Source of the DNA: an archaeon
GTDB lineage: Archaea; Thermoproteota; Nitrososphaeria; Nitrososphaerales; Nitrosopumilaceae
Reading direction: 5' to 3'
DNA length: 64,000 nucleotides
NCBI GenBank assembly: GCA_024276695.1
Contig: JAJRWR010000027.1
Coordinates: forward strand, 2,144-66,143
In this document: piece after piece, positions 38,804-48,084 of the stretch
How the letters are laid out: each line of letters opens with the position of its first letter
Position numbering within the stretch: position 1 is the first letter of the stretch
Made by a program: the position numbers and the translations under genes
The notes under the pieces: generated by a model
What the model saw: only the letters and a program-made list of their open reading frames with translations
What the model was told of the DNA's origin: nothing
Database searches by the model: none

Positions 38804-39304
38804 CTATCCTGGTCTTGACTGATCAGATATTTTCACAAATCTCATTGATTCTATCTTTAGTGAATTTATCTTCTCTAAAGTTTCACTCATTTCTTCTTCA
38901 GTATTCTCATTTTTAATCATGTTAGCTAAAACCTTGGTTTCTAGTATGTATGAGTTAAATGACTTTAAAGCATCCATGTAATTGATATAACTGGCTTGCC
39001 ATTCCTTTGATGGTTTTGATGTCACAAATTCACTAATCTGTGCAGTCACTTGAGATGATGTTACTTCAGTCACAGCAATGTATTCTTGTGGAGAAATTTT
39101 TCCACTTTGTAGATTTTCATATTCAAGATCTATTGATTCTTGTAAAACTTCATGGATATTTTTTACACCATCTAAATAATTTTTATAATCTGATACCACA
39201 AAGGTTGTTTCAACATCTTGAGGGATAATCCATAACAAAAAACTTGCACCCGTAATTGCCGCCAAAATTATAGATGTTACAGCTATTCCTTTTTTTGATG
39301 CCAT
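38804..39304 (-). CDS. Hypothetical membrane-anchored helical protein
   Basis: N-terminal TM; 166 aa. Confidence 0.75.
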   Translation of the reverse strand: MASKKGIAVTSIILAAITGASFLLWIIPQDVETTFVVSDYKNYLDGVKNIHEVLQESIDLEYENLQSGKISPQEYIAVTEVTSSQVTAQISEFVTSKPSKEWQASYINYMDALKSFNSYILETKVLANMIKNENTEEEMSETLEKINSLKIESMRFVKISDQSRPG

Positions 39305-39555
39305 TTTGTTATTTTACTAATAAGGAGTTTATAATTGGTAATACTTGATAAAATCCAAACTTCTTAAACAAATATTCGAAAAAATCTGATCATCTTTAGC
39401 CTTATTCATATTTTTTCAAAAAAATCCTTCTAATCTTCAAAATCATACATAACATTACATTTTTGATGCCTAAAAAAATTTACGCACATCTAGTCTATAG
39501 TGAAATAATTTTCACAGCCTCTGCCTAAATACCACAAAGTTTGACAAATTTCATA

Positions 39556-39702
39556 ATGGTTCAAGCATATTGCGTAAAATGCAGAGCAAAAAGGGATATC
39601 AAAGATCCCCAAGAAACTACATTAAAGAACGGACGTCCTGCCGTAAAAGGTACATGTCCAACATGTGGTACAAACGTCTTCCGTATAGGAAAGATGGAAT
39701 AA
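39556..39702 (+). CDS. 48-aa DUF5679-like zinc-ribbon protein (not in track)
   Basis: MVQAYCVKCRAKRDIKDPQETTLKNGRPAVKGTCPTCGTNVFRIGKME*. Confidence 0.85.
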   Translation: MVQAYCVKCRAKRDIKDPQETTLKNGRPAVKGTCPTCGTNVFRIGKME

Positions 39703-39771
39703 CCTCAAACAAGGTCCACACGATTTCTCTTTTTCAAAACCCATATAGGGTCTGTCATGCACCATTTTTTA

Positions 39772-40194
39772 ATGACTAAATCAGACTACGAAAATCTACT
39801 CAAACGTATTCAGAATAAACTAGGTGATACTGATAAAGAATCCCAAACTAGATTTGAGCTTCCTGTAGTGGATGTGATGTGGGAAGGACAAAAGACTTTC
39901 TTACGAAACTTTTCAGAATTTCCGAAGGTTTTACGAAGAGATCCTGATAAAGTATTACAATACCTTTCAAAAGAATTTGCAGTTCCAGCCGAGAGATTAG
40001 GAGATAAAGCTATGTTTGTAGGTAGGAGAGCTCCTGATGATTTTACAAGATTATTCCAAATCTATGTTAAAGATTATCTTGAATGTCCAACATGTAAAAG
40101 CCCTGATACAAAAATCCTCAAAGAAAATAGAATATCATTTTTAATTTGTGAAGCATGTGGTGCAAAATCTACTCTAAAAGGTAAATATGCGTAA
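39772..40194 (+). CDS. eif2b: Translation initiation factor aIF2 beta
   Basis: RFELP, TFLRNF...LRRDP, YLECPTCKSPDT, CEACGA. Confidence 0.93.
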   Translation: MTKSDYENLLKRIQNKLGDTDKESQTRFELPVVDVMWEGQKTFLRNFSEFPKVLRRDPDKVLQYLSKEFAVPAERLGDKAMFVGRRAPDDFTRLFQIYVKDYLECPTCKSPDTKILKENRISFLICEACGAKSTLKGKYA

Positions 40195-40490
40195 TGCAAT
40201 TCTCAGTACGAACTACTAACTATCAAAAACAATCAATGTTGAATATCTGTGATGCTGATCTATTGGGAAAAAAAATCATTGAAGGTGAATTAACTATGCA
40301 CATTAGTGAAAATTACTATGGAGAAAGATTCATTGAAAAAGATGAAGCTGAATTTTTATTGAATATTTCTTCAATAATTAACATGGCAGGTAAAGAAACT
40401 GTTTCCTTAGCTCTAAAATTAGGCATTGGTTCTAAAAATGCTGTAAAGATAATTTCTGGTGTCCCATTTTTAATTATATTTAACATGTAA
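40194..40490 (+). CDS. DUF424 family protein
   Basis: NICDADLLGK...ISENYYG...IINMAGKETV. Confidence 0.85.
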   Translation: MQFSVRTTNYQKQSMLNICDADLLGKKIIEGELTMHISENYYGERFIEKDEAEFLLNISSIINMAGKETVSLALKLGIGSKNAVKIISGVPFLIIFNM

Positions 40491-40565
40491 AGTTATTTGA
40501 TTTGATTTTTACTTTACAGATTTTAGTTTTTAACAGTAATCTCTTTTATCTAGTAGGAGTATCTC

Positions 40566-41351
40566 TTGCTATTGACTGATACAATTAGCAAAAAATTAGA
40601 ATCTAAATTAGATAATAAACTAAGATCAAAACGAAAACGATCACCTCTAGAAGATGGATTCAAAAAAGGAAAAGTAGTCAATGAAGTTTTGGATAAACCA
40701 ACTGTTATGACTCTTTACAAAATGATTACTGATCATGTTATTGCATATGTTAATGGGTCCGTAAGTGCAGGAAAGGAATCTGTTCTTTTTTGGGGTGTTG
40801 ATGAGAACGAGGTAAATGTTGCTTTAAAAATTTATTTGGTTAGCACTGCAAATTTTAAAAAACGTGAACCATACATTCTTGGGGATCCTAGATTCTCTCA
40901 CCTGAAAAAGGGAACAAAAAATCTCGTTTATCTGTGGGCAAAAAAGGAATATCGAAATCTAACTCAATGCTACGAGGTTGGAATTCCAGTTCCAAGACCA
41001 TTATATGTTACAAATAACGTTTTGGTTATGGAGTTCATAGGCGATAACGGCGTCCCTGCAAAGTCATTATTAACTTCACAAGTTGATGAGAATGATTATG
41101 CCCAAACCATATCAATTTTGGGAGATTTATACAAAAAGGCAAAATTGGTTCATGGTGACTTTTCAGAATATAATATTTTCAAAACTGAAAATGGTTTAGT
41201 TATTTTTGACTTGGGTTCAGGTGTTGATATTAGACATCCTAACTCTCAAGAATTCCTTAAACGTGATATTAATAACATTGGAAGATTCTTCAATAAAAGA
41301 GGAATCCATATTGAAGATTCAGATAAAATATTTGAGGATATTGTAAAATGA
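40566..41351 (+). CDS. rio1: RIO1 family Ser/Thr kinase
   Basis: SAGKES, KIY, WAKKEYRNL, LVHGDFSEYNI, IFDLGSGV. Confidence 0.93.
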   Translation: MLLTDTISKKLESKLDNKLRSKRKRSPLEDGFKKGKVVNEVLDKPTVMTLYKMITDHVIAYVNGSVSAGKESVLFWGVDENEVNVALKIYLVSTANFKKREPYILGDPRFSHLKKGTKNLVYLWAKKEYRNLTQCYEVGIPVPRPLYVTNNVLVMEFIGDNGVPAKSLLTSQVDENDYAQTISILGDLYKKAKLVHGDFSEYNIFKTENGLVIFDLGSGVDIRHPNSQEFLKRDINNIGRFFNKRGIHIEDSDKIFEDIVK

Positions 41352-41920
41352 GCTTTGAAAAATTAATTCGTATTCCAAACGATCGAGTCGGAGTCTTAAT
41401 TGGAAAGTCTGGAAGTGTAAAATCAAAAATTGAAACAACATGTCATGTAACTTTGGATATTGATGGTGACAATGGTGAAGTTTTTATAAAAACTCAAGGT
41501 GATGTTGAAAAAATTCAACCCTTCAAAGCAATGGAGATTGTTACTGCTATTGGCAGAGGGTTTTCTCCTGATAATGCGATGACATTACTTAAAGGTGAAA
41601 ATGCATTACATGTAATAGATCTTAGAGAATTTGCAGGAAAATCTAATGCTAATATTGAAAGGATAAAAGGGAGGATTATTGGAGAAGGTGGTAGAGCAAG
41701 ACGAAACATGGAAAATCTCAGTGGTACTCATATCTCAGTTTATGGAAAAACTGTTTCAATAATTGGTGACTCTAGTAAATTACGTTTGGCAGTTGATGCA
41801 ATATCTTCAATTTCAAGTGGAAGTATGCATGGTGCTGTTTACACTAAATTAGAAGCTGCGAATCGAAAAGAAAAAATAGAAAAAATGCAATTATGGGAAG
41901 ATCAAGATGTCTTCTATTAA
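41348..41920 (+). CDS. KH-domain rRNA-processing protein (Dim2/Pno1)
   Basis: GVLIGKSG, AIGRGF, RIKGRIIGEGG, HGAVY..LE. Confidence 0.92.
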   Translation: MSFEKLIRIPNDRVGVLIGKSGSVKSKIETTCHVTLDIDGDNGEVFIKTQGDVEKIQPFKAMEIVTAIGRGFSPDNAMTLLKGENALHVIDLREFAGKSNANIERIKGRIIGEGGRARRNMENLSGTHISVYGKTVSIIGDSSKLRLAVDAISSISSGSMHGAVYTKLEAANRKEKIEKMQLWEDQDVFY

Positions 41921-43775
41921 GGAAAAATTTAATCAAATTTCTCCAAGTGAGTTCTTTTACAGTAATCGTGATTTGGCCGGATTTAGTAATCCTACAAGGT
42001 CTCTTTATACTGCTGTCAGAGAATTCGTTGAAAATGCATTAGATGCATGTGATCAAAAAGGAATCCTTCCTGATGTACATCTAACAATTAAAGCAGTTGA
42101 GCCTGAAAAATCTGATCCTAAGCCCTATATCTTGACTGTAAAGGATAATGGACCTGGAATAGATGCTGAACATATTCCACTTGCTTTTGGAACTGTACTT
42201 TATGGTTCTAAATTTGGACTCAAACAAGCAAGGGGAATGTTTGGACTTGGAGCAACTATGGCAATTCTTTATGGACAAATTACAACTAACAAACCAGTAG
42301 TAGTAAAAAGTTCTTCAGATGGTGCAATCCAAAACCAATTTGAAATATTGCTGGATATTCAAAAAAATAAACCTGTAATTGTTAAACATACTACAAAAGA
42401 AGTCTCAAAAAAAGGATTGTCAGTAAGTATTTGTTTAGAGGGTGATTATTCAAAAGCAGGTAACAAAATTCGTGATTATGTTTATGAAACTTCTTTGATT
42501 ACTCCATATGCATCAATTACTTTTGATGATCCTAAAGGACAAAAATTTAGTCATCCAAGATTTGTAAAAGAAATTCCACCACCACCAACAATAATTAGAC
42601 CACATCCACATGGTATTGATGTTGAACGTATACGAAGAATGATTGTCGAATCACAATTTGAAATTCCTACAATTGATGATGCAATGATTGAAAAAGTTAG
42701 AAAGGATTTAGGATTATCAAAGAAAAGTCTTAGTTTTACAGCAATCATGGATAAAGCAAAGAAAAAATGGAAAACTCTTTCACGCCAAGTACGAGTTGTA
42801 ATTGCATTGATGTCTTTTCTTAAAATGGATTTTGAAAAATTAAACAAAATAAAAATTGAAGATCTTGATATCGATAATAAAAAATTATTTTATTGGGATT
42901 TTGGAGATTCCCAATCAAAATCAGTTGAAATGGATCCTGAAAGTCAATACTATAAGCAATTGACTAACACTGTTCAAGGTGAACCATTAACTACATTTTT
43001 GACTAAAAGATTTCAACGTATAGGACCTACAACTGCTATAAAATTTGCAGAATTTGCAAAATTCAAACCTGAAAAACGAATGGGTACTCTGACAAATCAA
43101 GAACTAGTTCAACTTAGTGACTCACTTCAAAAATTTGATGACTTTATGGCACCTGACTCAAGTTGTCTGGCTCCATTAGGAGAAGAACCCTTAGAAAAAG
43201 GAATCAAGAAATTCTTCAACCCTGATTTTACTGCGGTGGTTCAACGACCACCATCTGCATATTCAGGATTTCCATTCATTATTGAGATGGGAATTGCTTA
43301 TGGTGGCGATATCAAATCAGGTGGACCACATGTTTATCGATATGCCAACAGAATTCCTTTACTATATGATGAAGGAAGTGATGTAGTTCTAAAAGTGGTT
43401 AATGACACTGATTGGGGTAGATACAAGGTAAAAGGAGAACCGCCTTTCATTATAGTATCTCATATCTGCTCTACTAGAATCCCATACAAAACAGCAGGAA
43501 AAGAAAATGTTGCTGATCGACAAGAAATCGAAAGAGAACTGAGATTAGGATTACAATTTTTGTCAAGAAAATTGGCAGCATATATGTCAAAAAGAGGACA
43601 AGCAGATATGGCAAAAAAAAGAGCAAATCTTTATGCAAAATATTTACCACAAATTGCAGAATTTTGCACAGAGCTTGCTGGAAAAAAGAAAGAACCTAAT
43701 TACAAGAAACTATTGGAAGAAAATGCAATTGAATCTAAAAAAATAGAGGAGGAAAAAGAAATTGACAACAACTAA
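41907..43775 (+). CDS. top6B: DNA topoisomerase VI subunit B
   Basis: EFVENALDA, DNGPGI, GSKF...QARGMFGLGA, RYANRIPLLY, RIPYKTAGKE. Confidence 0.97.
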   Translation: MSSIKEKFNQISPSEFFYSNRDLAGFSNPTRSLYTAVREFVENALDACDQKGILPDVHLTIKAVEPEKSDPKPYILTVKDNGPGIDAEHIPLAFGTVLYGSKFGLKQARGMFGLGATMAILYGQITTNKPVVVKSSSDGAIQNQFEILLDIQKNKPVIVKHTTKEVSKKGLSVSICLEGDYSKAGNKIRDYVYETSLITPYASITFDDPKGQKFSHPRFVKEIPPPPTIIRPHPHGIDVERIRRMIVESQFEIPTIDDAMIEKVRKDLGLSKKSLSFTAIMDKAKKKWKTLSRQVRVVIALMSFLKMDFEKLNKIKIEDLDIDNKKLFYWDFGDSQSKSVEMDPESQYYKQLTNTVQGEPLTTFLTKRFQRIGPTTAIKFAEFAKFKPEKRMGTLTNQELVQLSDSLQKFDDFMAPDSSCLAPLGEEPLEKGIKKFFNPDFTAVVQRPPSAYSGFPFIIEMGIAYGGDIKSGGPHVYRYANRIPLLYDEGSDVVLKVVNDTDWGRYKVKGEPPFIIVSHICSTRIPYKTAGKENVADRQEIERELRLGLQFLSRKLAAYMSKRGQADMAKKRANLYAKYLPQIAEFCTELAGKKKEPNYKKLLEENAIESKKIEEEKEIDNN

Positions 43776-44883
43776 GAAAGAACAGACCAAAATCCGAGAA
43801 CGAAGTAAAAAAGCTGATGAAAAACAAAAAAATATCCTTGAGATGCTCAAAAGTCATGGTGCAAAAATTTATGATGATTTAGATAATGGTAAATTTCCCA
43901 AATTTTCAATACCTAGTAGATCAGTAAGCAATATCGTTTATGATAAAAAACTTAGACAATATATCTTAGGAAGCAATAATGCGCTAAGAAGTTCAAGAAA
44001 TTCTGCACAATTAAGATCATTTACACAATTAATGTGGCTGGCATTTTTTGCAAATAGATTAACTCATGAAAAAAAATCATCTACCTTAAGAGATGTCTAT
44101 TATTCTTCACAGGCTTTCGCTATTGAATTTGAAGATCAATCTGAATCCGACAATATCATTGTTGATTTAGAAGCTGTTACTTCAAAACCTAGAGAGGACT
44201 TCCACATTTTTCCTGAAGAAAGAAGTTCTATTTTTGGAGATTTGAATATAGAATACACTATTCCTGGTTATGAGGGAAAAACCATGAATTTATCAAATCA
44301 TCCTGATGGTTATTCTATTGGTCCTAGTTTGACTACTGCTGAATTAGTAGATACAAGTGCAGAAATTGTTATTGCAATTGAAAAAGGTGGTCTTTTTACA
44401 AGATTTGTTGAAGAACAAATTGATAAAAAATTCAAATCTATAATTATCAATACTGGTGGACAAGCACCACGTTCAACTCGAACTTTGTTAAAGCGATTGC
44501 ACGAAGAAATGGGATTGCCTGTAATTGTTCTAACTGATGGAGATGTATATGGTGAACATATTGCAATGGTTATAAAATCTGGTTCTGCAAATGCTGCTCA
44601 TCTTAGAGAACTAACAGTTCCTGATGCAAAATGGGTGGGAGTGTGGGCTACTGATATTGAAAAATACAAGTTACCAACAATACCAATGACTGAATCTGAT
44701 ATTAAGAGATGTTATGATCTTCAAAAAGATCCTAGATATCAGGATGGAATTTGGAAAAAGGAACTAGATGTATTTCTAAGATTAAAAAGAAAAGCAGAAT
44801 TGGAGGCCTTCTCAAAATATGGTCTTACAAATATTACTGACAAATATTTACCACAAAAATTAGAACTCGCAAAAAGTCTCTAA
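43762..44883 (+). CDS. top6A: DNA topoisomerase VI subunit A
   Basis: STLRDVYY, AIEKGG, GGQAPR, TDGDVYG; TTG start. Confidence 0.97.
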   Translation: MTTTKKEQTKIRERSKKADEKQKNILEMLKSHGAKIYDDLDNGKFPKFSIPSRSVSNIVYDKKLRQYILGSNNALRSSRNSAQLRSFTQLMWLAFFANRLTHEKKSSTLRDVYYSSQAFAIEFEDQSESDNIIVDLEAVTSKPREDFHIFPEERSSIFGDLNIEYTIPGYEGKTMNLSNHPDGYSIGPSLTTAELVDTSAEIVIAIEKGGLFTRFVEEQIDKKFKSIIINTGGQAPRSTRTLLKRLHEEMGLPVIVLTDGDVYGEHIAMVIKSGSANAAHLRELTVPDAKWVGVWATDIEKYKLPTIPMTESDIKRCYDLQKDPRYQDGIWKKELDVFLRLKRKAELEAFSKYGLTNITDKYLPQKLELAKSL

Positions 44884-45342
44884 TTATTTTATTCTTAGTG
44901 TTAATACACCATTTCTATATTTGAAATCGAATATTTGCATTTCATTTATTCCTTCTATGGGAATTTCTTTTGAAAATCCTGCTGTTCCTCTAACGTATAA
45001 AATTCCATCTACCAACCTAACTGCAATTTTATCCTCCGGACCTGGAACTTCGGCAACAAAAACAATTTCATTTTCTCCTTTAATCAAATCATAAACCCAA
45101 TTCTTTGTTTCTTGCTCTCTTGCTTGTGTGTATGTCGGCTTTTGTTCTTTTGCCATCTTTTTTAGAACTTTAGCCCAATAAAACATTGTAATAGCTGCTG
45201 CACCAATTAGAATAAAACTAACAAAACCCGAGTCTGCTCTTTGTGTCATAATGTAGATGATGCCTAAAAATAGAATTATGATGATAGGTATAACAAAATT
45301 TAATGATTGTTCATTTGAATATGCTCCTTTGTAACTTGCCAA
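44884..45342 (-). CDS. Membrane-anchored Hsp20/alpha-crystallin-like protein
   Basis: Two N-terminal TMs; VAEVPG, YRNGVLTL. Confidence 0.8.
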   Translation of the reverse strand: MASYKGAYSNEQSLNFVIPIIIILFLGIIYIMTQRADSGFVSFILIGAAAITMFYWAKVLKKMAKEQKPTYTQAREQETKNWVYDLIKGENEIVFVAEVPGPEDKIAVRLVDGILYVRGTAGFSKEIPIEGINEMQIFDFKYRNGVLTLRIK

Positions 45343-45398
45343 ACAGTACAAATTAAGGTCTACCAAATATAAAGTATCTTTGATTTTTATTACCATTT

Positions 45399-45632
45399 TT
45401 GAAATTTTGGTTATTGTCTGATGACAAACAATCTAAACTTTCAATTAGTCATATTGCATTAAGAGGTACTATCATTGCAGCAATAATTACGATCCCCTCT
45501 ATCATCACATTTGTTCTTACCTGGATTATTTTAGATAACTTGCTTTATGCTGCAATTTTAGGAGCAATTGTTCATTTTATTGCTATGGGGTTCTCATTAA
45601 AAATTTCTAAGAAAATACTAGTCAGAAAATAA
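45399..45632 (+). CDS. Small membrane protein
   Basis: Two TM helices. Confidence 0.65.
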   Translation: MKFWLLSDDKQSKLSISHIALRGTIIAAIITIPSIITFVLTWIILDNLLYAAILGAIVHFIAMGFSLKISKKILVRK

Positions 45633-45674
45633 TTCTATAGATCATGTTTTATGTTGTTATAATTATTTTTAAAA

Positions 45675-46031
45675 ATGATGTATTACTCTGGAATTGAAAA
45701 TGATCTTATCTCTGAAATTCAATTAGATCCTATTCAAGCCAGAGTTTTCTTGTTAGTAACATGTTATGGCAAAATGTCTTCTGAATCTATTGCTGAAAAA
45801 TTAAAAATTTCTGTTGAGGAGGCTAAAAAAGCATCAAAGGATCTAATGGCACTAGGAGCATTTATCGATATATCTTCCACAGAATTTGAAGCAATGCATC
45901 CTAGATTTACTGCTGTGAATATGTATAGAAAGATGTGCGAGCGACAAAATATTGAATTTAAGAGAAACAAAATTGTTGATAATATTGGAGTAATTTTAGA
46001 GAAACCATATGATGATGCAAGAACTAAATAA
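45675..46031 (+). CDS. TrmB-like HTH protein
   Basis: ARVFLLV...GKMS...IAEKL; FEAMHPR. Confidence 0.75.
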   Translation: MMYYSGIENDLISEIQLDPIQARVFLLVTCYGKMSSESIAEKLKISVEEAKKASKDLMALGAFIDISSTEFEAMHPRFTAVNMYRKMCERQNIEFKRNKIVDNIGVILEKPYDDARTK

Positions 46032-46053
46032 TACTAAAGATTGGTGAACAACA

Positions 46054-46452
46054 TTGAGTATTGATACTGAAACCTGTAAGCATCAGCCAGTCTATTTTGG
46101 TGTGATAAACATCAACATTGATGAAAGAACAATAGGGTCTGTTGATGTTTGGAGATGTGGAGTTTGCAAAAAAAAATTCTGTGAAGAGAAACAACTCGGA
46201 ATAGAAGAACTAGCTGATTTAGTAGGGATGCCAAAAATTGATCCTGATGCAAAATGGGGTGTTAATGTTTGTAAACTACAACAGGGCAAATACAAATGGA
46301 AATTAGTAAAATTAAAAGAAAATGGAAAACTAAAACACGAATGTCTGGATGAAAAATTGATATCCCTCAAAGTTAATGATTTCAAAGTTGAAGATGATAA
46401 ACATTGGAGTTTTCTAATTGATGACAATGTTAACAAGGCTATAGAAATTTAA
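46054..46452 (+). CDS. Hypothetical Cys-containing protein
   Basis: C.H...CGVC..FC; TTG start. Confidence 0.7.
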   Translation: MSIDTETCKHQPVYFGVININIDERTIGSVDVWRCGVCKKKFCEEKQLGIEELADLVGMPKIDPDAKWGVNVCKLQQGKYKWKLVKLKENGKLKHECLDEKLISLKVNDFKVEDDKHWSFLIDDNVNKAIEI

Positions 46453-46460
46453 TCTCTGAA

Positions 46461-46745
46461 ATGGATCTTAGAGTTCACATTAACAATATTCATGGAAGCC
46501 AAATGGCTGCAAAGATTACTGGCAAATTCACAATAGATGAAAATGAATTTCGTTTTACAGCTATCGCATTTGGTAGAATAGGTGGACAAAATATCGGTGC
46601 AAAACTTTCTCAAATTACTGAGAAGAAATTAGAAAAATTAGGTTATGATGTTGATGAAGTAATTGATTTACTTCAGAAAAATCTACTTCAAGGTGATTTG
46701 ACACTTCCAGAAGGACTCACAAAAGAGTCATTTGTTGATGATTAG
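46461..46745 (+). CDS. Hypothetical protein
   Basis: 94 aa, co-oriented with neighbours. Confidence 0.72.
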   Translation: MDLRVHINNIHGSQMAAKITGKFTIDENEFRFTAIAFGRIGGQNIGAKLSQITEKKLEKLGYDVDEVIDLLQKNLLQGDLTLPEGLTKESFVDD

Positions 46746-47533
46746 AATTCTGCTTCTTCTAATGCCTTTGCACATGAACAACTTCTATCTTTAGGAATTT
46801 TATCGATTAATTCTGTTAGCACTTTTTTTGTTATTTCTACATTCTTTGATAGCGTTTCAAGAACTTCTTTAGCTGTAACAGGTTTATCTGCCCAAACATC
46901 ATAATCTGTAACTGTTGAAATTGATACATAGCACATTTGTGCCTCTCTTGCTAGTTGACATTCTGGAACTAATGTCATTCCGATGATGTCTGCCCCTGTT
47001 GTTCTATAGAATTTTGACTCTGCCTTAGTTGAAAATCGTGGACCTTCAATGCAGATATATGTACAATCTTTATGCATTTCCATATCTTGATTATTAGTTA
47101 CTTCCAGAATAGATTTTTGTAATTCTGGACAAAAAGGATCTGCTACTGAAATATGGATTACTCTTCCGTCTTCTGAAAATGAACCATCTCTTGATTTTGT
47201 AAAATCTATGAACTGTGTTGGTAATGCAAAATGACCTGGTGCTAATTCTTCTTTTAGACTTCCAACTGCTGACGGTGCTATGATTCTAGTGACTCCTAAT
47301 TCTTTGAATGCCCAAATATTTGCCTTAAAATTAATTTTATGTGGAGGGATGGTGTGTTTTTTTCCATGTCTAGGAAGAAATGCAATTTTTCTTCCTTTGA
47401 ATATTCCTACTGTAATTGTATCTGAAGGTTTTCCGTATGGCGTATCAATATCTACTTCTTCTGCATTTTCAAGTAAACCTGAGTCATAAATTCCAGTTCC
47501 ACCAAATATTCCTATTTCTATATCTTTTTCCAT
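46742..47533 (-). CDS. mtnP: 5'-methylthioadenosine phosphorylase
   Basis: GIFGGTG, TPYGKPS, RHG..H..PPH, EGPRFST.AES, GMT..PE, VTDYD. Confidence 0.95.
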   Translation of the reverse strand: MEKDIEIGIFGGTGIYDSGLLENAEEVDIDTPYGKPSDTITVGIFKGRKIAFLPRHGKKHTIPPHKINFKANIWAFKELGVTRIIAPSAVGSLKEELAPGHFALPTQFIDFTKSRDGSFSEDGRVIHISVADPFCPELQKSILEVTNNQDMEMHKDCTYICIEGPRFSTKAESKFYRTTGADIIGMTLVPECQLAREAQMCYVSISTVTDYDVWADKPVTAKEVLETLSKNVEITKKVLTELIDKIPKDRSCSCAKALEEAEF

Positions 47534-48045
47534 TAGTATTTTACCAATGATTTACAATTATACTTGCTAATTTCATTCATTCCGTTTAGATCAACTAATT
47601 CAATAATGAATGCAAATCCTACAATATTTCCTCCTACCTTTTCAATTAATTTTGCAGATGCTTTTGCAGTACCGCCTGTTGCAAGTAAGTCATCACAAAT
47701 GAGAACTCTTTCCCCTTCTTTGATGATGTCTTTTTGAATTTCAATCGTGTCTTTTCCGTATTCAATTGTATATGCTAATTTTGTAGTTTTTCCAGGTAAT
47801 TTCCCTGCTTTTCTGATCATAATCATGCCTTTGTTGTATCTTGAAGCCAAAATTGAGGCTAGAATGAACCCTCTTGATTCTATCCCTGCAAATATATCGA
47901 TATCTTTTGGATGAAAATTTTTAAAAAATTCATCCGCCACAAATGATAATGCTGATGGATCTTTTAAAATTGGACTAAAGTCTCTAAATAAAATACCTTT
48001 TTTAGGAAAATTTGGACAATCTACAATTTTGTCTTTTAAATTCAT
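47533..48045 (-). CDS. apt: Adenine phosphoribosyltransferase
   Basis: [33 protein letters not shown]. Confidence 0.96.
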   Translation of the reverse strand: MNLKDKIVDCPNFPKKGILFRDFSPILKDPSALSFVADEFFKNFHPKDIDIFAGIESRGFILASILASRYNKGMIMIRKAGKLPGKTTKLAYTIEYGKDTIEIQKDIIKEGERVLICDDLLATGGTAKASAKLIEKVGGNIVGFAFIIELVDLNGMNEISKYNCKSLVKY

Positions 48046-48084
48046 AATTGATATCGAAATTAGCTGAAATAAAATTGTTTGACA

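Noticed and set aside
39329-39409. 26-aa micro-ORF MNKAKDDQIFSNICLRSLDFIKYYQL
   Set aside because: No motif, coupling or compositional signal distinguishing it from chance.
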